64,000 bases of DNA from Ascoidea asiatica JCM 7603 (lineage: Eukaryota > Fungi > Ascomycota): contig BCKQ01000001.1 in the NCBI GenBank assembly GCA_001600695.1, positions 8,423-72,422 of the forward strand. The letters run 5' to 3'. The position numbers and the translations under genes were made by a program. Below the pieces are notes generated by a model that was not told where the DNA came from, searched no databases, and was given only the letters and a program-made list of their open reading frames with translations. Below are positions 12,801-26,200 of this stretch, one piece after another (positions within the stretch are counted from its first letter, which is position 1; the number at the start of each line of letters is the position of its first letter).

Positions 12801-13700
12801 AACGCTCAACTCACAATGGTGTTAGTTTAAACTAAAATGTACGGGTAAGACAAAATCATAAATTCCTTAAGTGTTATGTTTTGTAGGAAGTTTCTTGGTG
12901 GAAGCAACCTGCGTTCAAGAATGCAGGTACGATAAGAAACATAACCAATGGTAATTTATTAGTTGAACTCATATGTAACTTCTATTGATTTGTCCAACCT
13001 GTTCTGCACAATAATAATAATAATAATATTAATCATTAACTCAAGTAAATGGCTTGTATAATAATTCCTTGTAATCTAATGTGTTCAACTACAATTGTAG
13101 TATTTTACTTAAACTGATAGTACTTTCTATTTAAAATATTCTACAAAACAAGGTTCACAATATACATTTAAAATCGTAGACTAATTTGGACGCTTTCCGC
13201 TATCACAATAGAATTCTGAAGATTTTACTGTAAAATTTACTCCCAGACTACCAACAAGCACATATATTGGACTGCAAGTCAATTGAAGTCTATTATCGCA
13301 ACTAATTGCGTGGCTATCAATCTGGGTATCCGGCACAGACTTTTCTCAGCAAGGGAGCAACATTAGTAACGGAACCCGTATTCCATCCACTCGTGAAAAA
13401 GCAGGCAGAGGTGATTTTCAATCATTTTGTTATTTTATTAGAATTCTAATGGAATTTTCTACGCTATTATTAGAGTTTTTAAGATTGCATAGATTATTCT
13501 ACGAGTACATTCGGTTACGTTTCAGAACTTACATGTGCATCGAAGATGTACGAGAACGTTCGTCGTCAACATTTTTTATTTTTTCGTTGAATTTGGGTGT
13601 GTGTACTCGAATCTTCTTGCCTGTTCTCCCAATCAGGTAGACTCTTATAGATCAGAACCTTATTTTACTTATTTTCTTAAGTATGGGAAGGGAACTTTCA
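9900..13700 (-). mobile_element. Highly degenerate L1-clade non-LTR retrotransposon (LINE) remnant
   Basis: Minus-strand fragments in L1 ORF2 order. APE-like IVAANRNLV..KERLD (~12380-12440, cf. GDFN..DR). RT-like NG..STQG and IYL (~11520-11700). LSMSGSILILLKH (~11430-11480, cf. LS..GR..L.K). C-terminal NTPAHIF (~10135-10155). Boundaries and ORF1 uncertain. Confidence 0.45.
10615..11220. mobile_element. Probable solo LTR inside the LINE remnant
   Basis: Begins TGTTGT and ends ACACAAA. Flanks TTTAG (10610-10614) and TATAG (11221-11225) match at 4/5 as a TSD. Confidence 0.4.
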
Positions 13701-14539
13701 CGTACTAAATTTAAAAATTTGTTCTTAAGATAAGTTAGCCGCTCCTATTGTTCACTAATATAAATAGGTCATTACCACCCTTATTTTTCACATAGTTTTT
13801 ATATATATTATAATTTAATTAACACTTTGTTACAATTTAAATTGGATAAATTTTTAGAAACAATTAGATATTTCGGTCGAACTAGAACCATACTTATTAC
13901 AAAATGTGGAATATGGCTTCCCTACTACGCATAACTATTGTCTTATTTTTTAATGATTTCTATCTTCCAAGGTTAAAGCGAACACGACTTGAATTCTCTT
14001 ATTATTATACTAAAAAGAGAGGTATCTGGAAAAGTGATTAACCCTTTAACATTTAATTCCCTCCTATGTTATTTGAAATATTTGTGGCCTTTATGGAATG
14101 GTTCTGAGCTTTATGGTGAATTGGGTTAATTAGCTACTAGTAATGATTTAATCCTCGTTGAGTTATCTCAGAGTTTGAGATGCTAGTCTTCTCTTCATTT
14201 CAAGTTAAAAAATAATACAAATTTTATATTGTAGCCAAGGGTCAACACAATAAAAGAATTTACTAATATAATTTCTTTAATAATAATTTTTATTTTAAAT
14301 TATTTATGTTACTAATTTTTCTACTTATAATTTTTATTACTTATCTTCGCTTATATTTAAAAATTCAACTATTAATTTAAAAACAAGTTAAAAACAAAGG
14401 ACCAAAAAAGAAAAAGAAACAATTAACCCCACAAAAAAAAAAAAAAAAACAATAATTAAAAAAGACGAAAATCAACAACAAAATCATATACTTTTATTAT
14501 TTTTATATGTTCAATTAATATCAAAAGCAGATCATTTCC

Positions 14540-16440
14540 TATGCTTATATGGAAATGACTGAAACTGCTAACGCTTTGGCAAAAAAATTTTAAAACCACA
14601 ATACATTAAATGAACTCGAATTCAACAAAATGGATAAACAAATGGCATTAATTTGTGAATCAGTCAAAAAATTAAGCTCTGCTGTTAGTGAAAGACTAAA
14701 AAATCCAAATTCAAATACTATTGAATATAGTGAGCATTTTGATGATTTAAGCTCTGGCATTGTTCATCAATTACCTGATCTGCACATTATTAACGATGTG
14801 GTTAAATCAACTGAATCTTGTTTATCCAAAACAACAAATGGAAATGATGCTGCTATTGAAGTTAAACGTGAACAAGAAGATAATTCTGCTTCAACAAAAA
14901 TTAACACTACTGCTGCTACAAATATCGCTGCTCATTCAAATGCCGATAAGACTAATGATGCTAAACTTACCAGATTTCTGGTAATTGACGACAAAACCAA
15001 AACAGATAGTTTTAAGTGACAAGCTATACCATCCACTGTTGGCCAAGTTGAAGGGCTTTCACAAGGTTTTCAAAAACCCAAACAGAGTAATCCGAACTTA
15101 TTCAGTGAGCTGAATGACGCTAACACCTGGAGATATGATGTAAATCGAAGTACATCCGATGAAATAAAGATTATGTTTGCTGCAGGGTACAACACAAAGG
15201 TCAAAATTGGTTTACTTTGGTCTGGTATGGCAAGAAACAGAGGTATCTCTGATATTGGCTTGGATGCTACTGCCAATACATCAAAATTAAAACAATATGC
15301 TATTAGTGAAGGTTGACCCTGGTGGAAATAATAGATATCTATATATACTAGGGCATATATTGGTAGTAACACCATAGCTTGTGAAGGTCTACAACACACC
15401 TATCTACAGTAGACGTAAAAGAGTTAAGTATTATACAATAATGTGTGTACACTATGTATAGTTATGCGTAGACATGCATGATTAGGCTTAAGTATACATT
15501 TGCATAAAGGTGCATTAAGTTGCATGCAGAATATATCAATTCACGTTACTTTGCATGACTCTGTGCGCACGTACACAGACAATCAGATATCATGTTATAT
15601 TCCAGTCACATGACATAGGTCATATATGCTAACGTCAGGCATAGGGTACAAACTAGAAAAGACCTAGTGATTGCTACAAGGCAAAGTGGTAGAACATTTA
15701 AGAGCATACTGAAGGCAAGCCACTCGGTACAAGGAGAAAAAAACAGCAGTGACGATTTAGCGTCTATCGGGATAGAAGTTGAATTCGAATAGCCAAACGG
15801 ATCCATGCAGGGACTCCTTCTGGATGGTTGAACTGGATAACCGTAGTTTCATGCGACAAAGGGTATAGTTCTCAGTGCGTACACGGAATTGTCTCAGAAT
15901 AAAAAGGAGACTAGTGAACCAGGTCGGGTATGAATCTAGTCAGAGTCCGGGCTTTGGTATTTAAAATAATTCCTGGGAATTAGTTTTTTTGACTACCCCG
16001 CTGGAAAGTGGACTGATTGGTTTTTGTCTCATAAATTGAAATGGGAATTTCAATTGAGGTCTCATCAAGTTTCCAACACTTTTTTATAAGGTAAACTTGG
16101 TCCCCCCCCCCAGATTCTACGTAGCAATCCTGGGACCGTTGGGAATTCCCTTGAATTCTTGATCGTTCTCCGGGACCCTGTAGGAATCCAGAAATAATAT
16201 AAGAGGAACCGATTTGCTCTTATTTTTTGAATAAAATTTATTTATTTTTCTGTTTAGTTCATCGATTAGCATGAGTTAATTGATTAATACATAGTTTGTA
16301 AGTACGTAAAATTCGTATATTCGATTTTGTAAAATGAATGAAAATTCACAACACAACTCATTGATTCCCTTCTATATGGAGTTGTCAAAGCACTTTCCTA
16401 GTATTAAAAACTTCATGAACAAAACATATAATATCTTTTA
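14540..16440 (+). pseudogene. Disrupted ORF with a GCR1_C-like C-terminal domain (Gcr1/Msn1/Hot1/Crypton-type), split by a solo LTR
   Basis: Reading through TGA at 15017 gives FK*QAIPSTVGQV...SELNDANTWR...YNTKVKI...ARNRGIS...KLKQY. After the insert (~16355) it resumes as NSLIPFYMELSKHF. The pattern resembles GCR1_C by eye. Confidence 0.45.
15320..16353. mobile_element. Probable ~1.03-kb solo LTR
   Basis: GC-richer non-coding block with TGGTGGAAAT...AATTCACAACA ends that interrupts the ORF above. TSD not preserved. Confidence 0.5.
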
Positions 16441-17049
16441 AGGTAAACTAAACTTTCTACAAAGATATCAAGGAATTATTATCAATAATGATGAAAAGAA
16501 AAAACAAAAAACAAAAATTACAAACTGATTAACAAAAGAGGTATAAACGTGTAGGCCGTTTTTTTGATACTTATTGTTTCTAATTAAATTAATAGAAAAG
16601 GAAGCGTTTTTATTAGTTCATTATTTTTCAAAAAATAAAAGATTATAATATATTAATTTAAATAAAACCAAAGATTATAATTCAATTTTGACTACAAGTA
16701 TAATATATTTTTCAAGTTCATATTCAATATCAAAAGTAAATGCAAATTAAAAATTGTAATGTAGAATAGTTTTGCACCATTGATACAATCAAAATCAAAT
16801 ATTTCTAGTTTAACAAAATACGTTTTAAATTCATGTTAATTAAAAATTAATTTTAATCTGATTTTTCTATCTTGATTACACATTCGTATTAAAATCACTA
16901 AAATCAATTTCTTCACAGCTTCATTGGAACTCAAATAAAGGAAAGTTTATAACTGTACAAATATGTTCTCTTATTTGTATTTCCCTTATATTTCTGTTTT
17001 GTCGTTGAGGGTACCAACGGCTTAAGCACTGATATTTTACTTCAATTAT

Positions 17050-20000
17050 ATTTCGTCAATGCATTTAACTACAATACATGCTTGGGAAAATGTGGATTAC
17101 GTTTACAGCCAAACGCATTAGCCTCATCGCATTCATAATCAGCTGCAAAAACTTCAAATCACAATAATCTATCTGACTCTTCTAGTTTTGCTAGCACAAG
17201 AACAACTGATCATACTAATTATTTTAATCATATACCTTCTAGAACTCCTACAAGCTTCAGAATTTTGAGTTCCGGATTTCAAGGTGCTATTGATGTTGGT
17301 GCTTCAGACCGTATTCAACATACCTTGATCGAACAAGAGATCAATTTTCTATTCAAAAAGAAGAACTTGAATATGCAATGCAAGGGGGTAATGATCTATC
17401 GTAGTTCGTACAATTTCCTTTACCTATCAACATCAATTTAATTTTGCGAGAATTCGTTCACTTATTATTTGCTGATGACATTGCAACAACTGTTTATTAT
17501 TTTAAGCACCTTGATAAAGCATTCTCGTCAACATTTCGTGATATTTTTCCCAGAACACAAGGAAACTTTTAAAGGAAAACATCCTGCTCTGAAATTTGGA
17601 ACTAACTAAAGACGATATTTCCCGAGGCTAATATCACTGCAACTGCCCTTCAAGACTTATCGGATTGCATGTTGAAAAAGATATAAACTTTCTTCAAATA
17701 AGGCAAACACTTCATGATGGATCCAAAGACTTTGATAAAGCTTTTACAGATCCTACTACAGCATGTGTACCGATGTATGTAATTATCAGAATCAAACATG
17801 AATGTTCAAGTTTCGCAGGATCGGAAAACAGGTTAAAAGATATTTGCTGCAATTTCATGACAATGAAAAAGGTCTTAAATTTGAATCAATTATTACCATG
17901 ATTAACCATAAGCATGACAACATACGCCAACATAATAATAATGCTAAACCCAATGTTGTTATTTTTGGGTAAAAAAAGACCTAACACTCATGTTTGTAAT
18001 ACTGTTAATCATAAACAATCCACAAAAAATAATGATTCTCCTAGTTGAAGTGAACCTAATGATAAGATCAAAAACAATTTCAAAGACTCTACACATTATT
18101 GTCCTGGTTGTGAAGCCAAACATCAGTTTGGGTAACACATTAACGACAATCATCTAATAATTCAAATAAACTTCTTAATGTTAAAACTGAGGCGTCTTCT
18201 ACCAACAATAATATCAATAACAATACCAATTCAAATTCTCAGAATAATAGTAATCAAAGATATTCTGGTTTACAAAATCTTAATTCAAAACCAGATTATA
18301 ATAGTAAACACCAATACATACAAATATAATGCATATAGTTCTGAAACTCTATCATCGACTACTTCATTTTCTGAGAGAAAGAACTGTTTGAGTCTTTCAA
18401 ATATTAATAATACTCCTCATCCTATCTTATGTTATACGGGGGTTAACATCCCTGTTACCAGTGATAGAACTTTATTTGAAAAGTTTACAGCTTGTCAAGT
18501 AGTCATTAAAGGAGTTGGTGAAACTGCAGAGTACAGTAAAGGAACTGCTAGCATGAGTATCAAGTTTCCTCATAACTCCTCACAAGATGTAAAAGCTACG
18601 CTCACTGAATATGGCCGAACGCTAATCAGTTTTGGTGCTTTTGGCGACTCACACTTTCAATTACTTGATGCTAAACTTTCATGCAATGAGTTCATCTTAG
18701 GTCGTATGGAAAATGGACTTCTTATTCGGGAAAATATAAAAATTATTAAACAAAATGCAGCAAATAAGTTTGCTTCTCATTTTAACAATTCTGAACCACA
18801 TTTACTTAGAGAAAAATCAAATAACTATTCAAGTCGATCATACGCTGTTGAGGATTCATATGCTATATAGCATAATGACGATTAGAGTTTTGTCATAAAA
18901 TCAGTCAAACGAGTCTGAATGAAGAATATCTAGGTATTCCAGAAGAAAAATTACTTAAGTAACCCTATTCATTAGGTGCATCTGCTTCCGCAACGCTTAA
19001 GCTACAATATAAATGAACCGAGCATGAACAATTCAAAATTGAACTATGTCGAATCTGCAACTTAATTTATCAGAAAATTAATTCGGATTCTACAACTTCT
19101 CTACATAGTTAATAGTCAGCAAGCTCCAATTTTAGATATTTAGATATCACCCGACAAAACTATGGCAAATACCAAGTTATGTCCATCGATCATTACAGTA
19201 GATTCCCAGCAGCATTCGGTGCGAATCACAAGGCTTCTGTTAGCCCTGAGATGGATCAATTTATTTCAGAATGGTGCAATAGATCAAATGTAGCTGAACC
19301 TAAATTTAAAATTGAAAATAGAACAGAACACAAAAAATCTGAATACAATACAATGGTTGGACTAGCGGACGGATATGCATCTGTTGATAGTAGTAGATCT
19401 GAGTCAGGTATCAGTAAAGTTAAATCTATGACATCAAAAATTTTATCTCATGATCCCTCTGATTATCATGAAGATTTAATTAATAAAGTTACAGAATTTG
19501 TTTGTATTTTACAAAACATGCAAACGCACTCGCGAACCGATGAGATTCCTTTACTTGTTTACTTGTATTTTATGAGCGGCATCGAAAGAAGCTTACCTTT
19601 CCCCTATTTTTATGAGATGTGATATATAGATATAGTGCAAACAGTTTGGAAAATGACATATTTCGTTGAGATAATGAGTACTCATGTACTTAAAAAGTTG
19701 TTAAAGGACCAATAAGCATTAGTTTGATTCAATTGCAACTGTTACAGATATTAGCGAACTTGATTCTTTTAATGTTGATAACTAACGTTTATCACATATT
19801 GGGAAAGCTACGTATCCTGATTCGCAATTTGAATATATCAAACACTTGTTTGTCGACCAAGTACAATTGAAGCAAAACTTTACTACAATAATATTTATTC
19901 CTAACATAAATTCTTTCCCTTATGAAATTCAGATTTGGAAATTAATTTATCTGATTATGAGTTTATTTTAGATCTTATGCGCCTGCCATCCAAAATCATT

Positions 20001-22480
20001 GTTCGAAAGAAGCTATGAACACGAAACTAATAAATTAAACATCTTGATGTGGTTCAGCGGACTGATTCTTGACCAAAAAATGCCAACGTATTTGCGGCAG
20101 GAAGAATATTTAATAAGAAAGTTGGTACTATCAATTTAAATCTTAAGAATACATCAAGACTTGTTCTCGATGCTCAATTTGCAAAGTTTCATCATCTAAC
20201 ACTAATTTCAATTCGGTACTCCTGTTTTGAATAGGGGCACTTTATAATTCCACTTTTATATGCTGCACGCTACCGAGTTAAGACTAAAACACTTGATATA
20301 TGAAGAGAATCTCGTCCTGCTCCAATTCTTCAAGATAATCATTTTGTGAGAACAAAAAAGGGATTTAATGCTGAATTTAACACACAATATGTTAAATTCA
20401 CAAAATGTGTTTATGTGCTAAGACAATCACCTTTAACATTATTCCCTCACTTTAAAAACATTCTACGACAGTTAAGATGTACTCAACTACTTGTCATGAT
20501 TTTTTATGTAATACCATGTGAGGTAATATAGTGTAGCGGCGCAGACCTGGAGTCATGAATTTGGGGGAGAGTCTAGTAGTACAAGCCCTGTTCATAAGGC
20601 CCTGTACCTATGATGACTACACGACAAAGGAATGCCTATTGGGATACTGTCTCGGGCATAGTATTTTCATGAGGCCATTCAATAGGCCTCAGTCGTCCAG
20701 TTGTACTGGATTACAAGTTATATTGATCAAGTATTCCCTACCGAGAGCCTTAACAGTGAATATAGATTGTCTACATACATGTTATGATATGCAGAATGGA
20801 GATACTTGAAGTACTCTCCAGGTACAAAGTTCCATGACATTGGTCAGATCCACTGGCCTGCTCAGGATTAGGTAAGTGATTACATAATCAGGAAGACCGG
20901 AACTTGATTGCGGTATAGTCGAGTGGAGCTGATATAGCAACAGCGTAGTGGGGTGGTTTCAGGTTCCAATTACTAATGGTTGAAAGCAATTATTAGCTCA
21001 TATTTTTCTGTGAGGGGCTAATATGCGGTTGTGGCAGAAGTGATGTCGTGACATGCTTAACTGTTCTTGGCAAACAAGGTGATCTCATGGGGTTGATGGG
21101 GGTAACAGATTACTGATTAGCTTCCACAAGTTGATTGGCTACTTGGACAGCAATGTAGCAACTGATACCAAAATTCCCTGTAGGTTCCATCAAACCGAAA
21201 TTCTACTTCTACCTTCTATCAAATTGTAGGTGCACAGTACTAAGTTGTAGTTTGTGATTACCAGACGCAAATTTAGCCCAAAATTTTACAGCTAGGAAGT
21301 GATATCCTCCTTCATTTTGGGCTTTCCAATAGCAACCGTTTTGCTATACCTAAGGGAAATAGCTACCAAGATCTATAAGATATATTTCTTGCTGATGAAT
21401 GTCCAAATTAAGATAAATAGGCCTAGGATTCTCTATATTTTTATATAAATTATTATATATAAGAGTATGGAAATAAATAAATATGAATACTAATAATGAG
21501 AATAATATTCAACACTACTATCAAACCACTGCGGTTTTAAACCGTCAAGTCGTTTACTGCTCGCCTTCTATGTGCATGATTCAATAATCTGAGGGAAAAT
21601 CTTAAGGATGTTTCGACTTTTGTGGACAAATTGAAAACCAAGTTATCAATCAATGGAACCTCTTTTGGCGGTTCTCTCGCTTTGCATTTGTCATCGAACG
21701 ATGGTGAAATCGTAATGACCTCGGATCCTATTACCACTAGCATCCTACAAATATGCAAATTTGTTGAACCACCCCCATCACCCTGCCCTTATTTAAATCT
21801 TGATAAGTCACAAATCATGTTCAATGCTCAAGATAAAAGTATTTATCACCAAATTGTTGGTTCATTAGTTTGTTTGGCCACTCATACTCTTCTTGATATT
21901 TCTTTTGCTACTCATGAACTAATCAAACGTAATTCATGCCCTTCAAGAAATGAAAAACTCTGGCCAAAAATCTTCTTAGATATCTTAAAAGATCAACTAA
22001 CTTTGAATAGAAATTGAAACAAATAAATGCCAAAACAATGGATCTTTACACAGATAGTTCTCATTAACAGATGGTATTGGAAGGTACCTTTTAACCTATC
22101 GTGCTAATGTGGTGGCATCTTGGAAATTTACAATAGCTGGCACACTTGGCCTTCATCAGTTTATCAAGCAGAAATTATTGTGGCCAAAATAGCGGCTAGG
22201 CTTATCTTTTATCAACTTTGTTTCATAGAAGAAATTGAAACTGAAATCAAACATTATTCACCTTACAATATCACAGTTCATATACCTGTATTAGTGCATG
22301 AATTCTCGATTTTGAAAAGTCAGTCTTCCTTAGGCAACATTACAATCAGATAAACATTACTACATAATCCTACAAAGTTTATGTTATTCAACATTTCTTA
22401 TACTTCTTTTAATTTGAATCCTCCTCATACGAAGACGAATAGTTCAAAAACTTTTATACTCCAACGCTATCTGCGAATTC
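17050..22480 (+). mobile_element. Old degenerate Ty1/copia gag-pol remnant
   Basis: Degenerate zinc knuckle (HVCNTVNH, ~17990), protease-like ILCYTGV, integrase SIDHYSRF, RT VYVLRQSP, FYVHD and YHQIVGSLVCLATHTLLDISFA, RNaseH YTDSS. Its own LTRs were not identified. Confidence 0.75.
20492..21514. mobile_element. Solo LTR (1023 bp) inserted in the copia RT
   Basis: TGTCATGA...TTCAACA ends, perfect 5-bp TSD CTACT (20487-20491 and 21515-21519), and RT sequence on both sides. Confidence 0.85.
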
Positions 22481-23296
22481 GAAAATTTTAAAACCCTATT
22501 GATTTCTATTTTTTCCTCGCATCGCCCAATTTTGCTGTACTGTCAATTATTTGTTTTTGTGCTACTGCACACTTTACTTAGAGTATCCTTACTTGAAAAA
22601 AGTTTCTTTTTCTTTGAATTCTATTCTAAATCTTGCCCTACATAAGATATTACTTTTTTTTTATCCAGATGAATTGACTCAAACCAGCCTGGCAAAGTTA
22701 GGATATTAGACTTTAAGGAGCAGGTCATTCATTTTGACCCACTAATATAGGAACTCTTCCTCTGAGGCAGCCATATCGTTTTTTATACTTCACGCATGTT
22801 ATGTCCTAAAACTTTTTTTTGATTATTAATATACAACTACACAAAACAAAGTTTGTCCTCTCTTCTTTGAGCAAATGAGATCAAGAACGTTTTCCATCTG
22901 AGCTTTCTGAGAGCAGAGCTACTGTGTTGTCGAGTAACTCTCGCGATTGGTGTGTGTGGATGCATAGTGCATCATATGCAACTATGAAACTAGAATTGAA
23001 ATTTGTTTTTGCGTTTTTATTTTTGGTTTATTGTTTGCTTTTCAATTTGTTTATTTTGCTTGTTAAATTGAGACACCCTATGTATATGTTAAAAACCAAG
23101 TTCCACTAATCTGACTTTGGTTTTTATAGCAAACATTCTTTCGGGTGCTAATATATTGAAATTGCCTTAACTTCGAGAATACATTTTAAATGCTTTTTGT
23201 TAAAATCATCCTTGTCAACTAAATTTGGTTCTGCAAATTTAAAACTGCCATTTCGTAAAAAGGAAAGCTTAATAATTTGTTGGAAAATTTTTTTAG

Positions 23297-26200
23297 TGAT
23301 GAATATTGCATTGTTTGCAAATAATAAATTTCAACTCTAATTTACTTTTGAATTATGTTTTGTTTTATTTTTGTTTTTCAGTTTGTTTCTTTCACGTGTT
23401 CCACTGTTACAACCAATGCATATGTTAGAAAAGAAGTTCCACATATAGGGTTTTCGGTTCAATATCAAACATTATTTTTGCTGGTAATAAAGTTAAATTG
23501 CCTTAACTTTCAAAAGGAAATTCAAATATTGTGTGTCGAAATTACTGTTATGAATTACAGTTGGTAGTCTTTTTATTAAAATTGCCATTTCTTGGAAGAA
23601 ACAAGTTTAATATTTTGCTAAAAAATGTAATAGGTTTATTTTTGTTTGTGTTGGGATGATTTAAAGAAGAAAGTGGATGTATTTACTTGCTCACCTCTCA
23701 GTGCTGGTTTTACGAACAGATTTTATTGCTGACCGATTATTTTGTTGGAGTCAACTTTTGGTTTTATTAGTTTGTTTCGGTTTTAGTTTTGCAAATTAAC
23801 TTCATTTTAATTTTACAAATTAGTTTTGGTCTAAAATTGACATAAATAAGTTGAAATGTCTTTACTTATTTTATTTTATTTATTTATGTTTTGTGCTGAA
23901 TTATTTTAGTTTATTATATATAATTGTTTATTGTATTATATACATTTAGTATTATTATTTTATTACTATTATTATTTTATTAACTTATTTTATTAATAAA
24001 TTAAAGCTTTTTTTAAGATCACGTTTTACATCTACGTTTTTTTGAAATGTTTGTTTTGGGTCTTGAAGGAGAACTAATCTTATTGTCTACCACGAATTAT
24101 CTTCATGGTAGCGCCACTCATGATAGAACTAATCAAGTGGATGGGGTGATAATACTTTTGGAAGCATCATGGATGACAATAATGATACAGATGAAGGGCT
24201 TCAGGAACCCAATAATCTTACCCGTCAACTAAAATTGACTTCAAAACGAAATGATGGTGGTACTTTAAAATTATGCTTTCAATTATGCTAAACTTATTAG
24301 GGTTTCAAAATCTATATCTAAATGGATTTTATGGTATGCTAACTTTGCAAGATTTATTGCTATGTTGGGAATCAAAACTGTACTACAAAAAAGGATTCCT
24401 TTCACTGAATTTGATGATAATATTTCATTTATATTAAATCATATTTTTACTCTTTGCGTTGCTGATAGTCCCGCAGGAGTGTTAGACCCTTTAGCTTAGG
24501 GAGTACTTAATTTGAGAAACTTGGTTGCCAGGGTACGAAAATCTAGGATGGTATTTGAGATTTTAGCACATTAGATAAGCTTTCTTTTTCAGGAAAAGAT
24601 GTAAATGAATTCATTATGAAAGTAAATGCAAAGGTGCTGAATCTGAGGTTTCATATGCACCTATTCTTAGCTATATTCTACCAGGTTTATGTACTTGTAT
24701 GGTTGTCTTAAGAACGATTATTTGAGCTCAAAATTCTAAGCTACCGTTGGGTGAGTTGTTTAATACATTGATCACAATGACTGAGGATATTGATGCAAAT
24801 CATGGAACTAAAGGAGATTCAGATTTGGGTATCAACAATGTTAATAACAATGGTAAAAAAGAAAAGATAGAGAAAAATTCTAACAAGAAGAAATTTTATG
24901 GAAAAAGTTTTCATTGTGGTGTCGTTGGTCATAGGAAGGCTCAACGTTTTATGTGAAAACAAGAAAATGGCAATGGTAATAGTGATTATAGAGCAGGGTT
25001 TGAAGCAAATTTCACAGAACTTCTAAGATTAGATGCTAATTTAGATGCTTCCAAAAATTGTACTGAAATTAATAATATAATTATAGATTCAGGAGCGGGT
25101 TTATCTATTACAGGTAATAGATTATTATTACATGATATTTATGATGATAAAGATTCATCATTGAATTTCAAAGGTCGAACAGGTAAAGGTTTAACACCAC
25201 AAGAAGTTGGTACATTAGTTTTAGTTAAAGATGAAGCTGAAATTAAGATTAAATGTTATTATTTTCCTCAAATCAGACATACATTTGGTACTGTAACCGA
25301 TTTAGAAGATAAAAAGTAAGTGTTTCAAGAATAAAACTTATCTTTGGCAAAGATAAACATAATTTTATTCCTATTTTTGATAAAAATAGAGTTTGGAATA
25401 ATGATAAGAAAAATATTAAGAAACCAAATGTTTTGGTAAATAATGTAAACTTGCATAGTGCATTAGGACATATCAATAAAGATACAATTATGAAAAGTAT
25501 AAATCATGGTTTGTTTGTTGGTGTTAAGGAGTCTGATATCAAGGAGATTAAAAATCTTGAATGTCAAGTATGTGGTCTAGGAAAGGCAGAAAAGTTTACT
25601 AATAGAGGTTCGAGTATGCTAGACCAAATGGCATTATTTCCATGGGAAGTTGTGCATAGTGATATAGCTGGTCCATTCAAAACCATGAATTACTCTTATT
25701 TTGCTACATTCACACATGAATTCGCTAGTTATTGTTATACAATACCAATTCAAAATACAGCGGAAGTGCTAAAAATTTTGATAATTTAATCGGATTGGTT
25801 GAAACTCAGTAAAAAGTTAGATTCAAAAGGATTCATGGCGATAATGGTGCTGAATATACATCAAAAGAGATGAACTTTATTTGGATTAAGGCAGGAATTT
25901 TACAGAGTTTTACTACTCCTTATACTCCCGCTTCAAACAATTTTGCAGAAAACGGAAATACTATTTTAGTTAGAGAGGGAAAGGTTTAATTAGCTGGTAT
26001 TCAGAAATTAAAATCCAGGTTAAAGCAATTTTTCTTCGAAACAATTATATATGGAAACATGTTAAGAAATTGTACTTTCAACAATAGATTAGGAGACAGT
26101 CCATAGAATTACTTAACAGGTAAGGTACTTAACATTGGAAAATTTCATGATTTTAGATCAGAGGCTGTGGTAACGGAACTAAGTTTAAAAGATAAAACGA

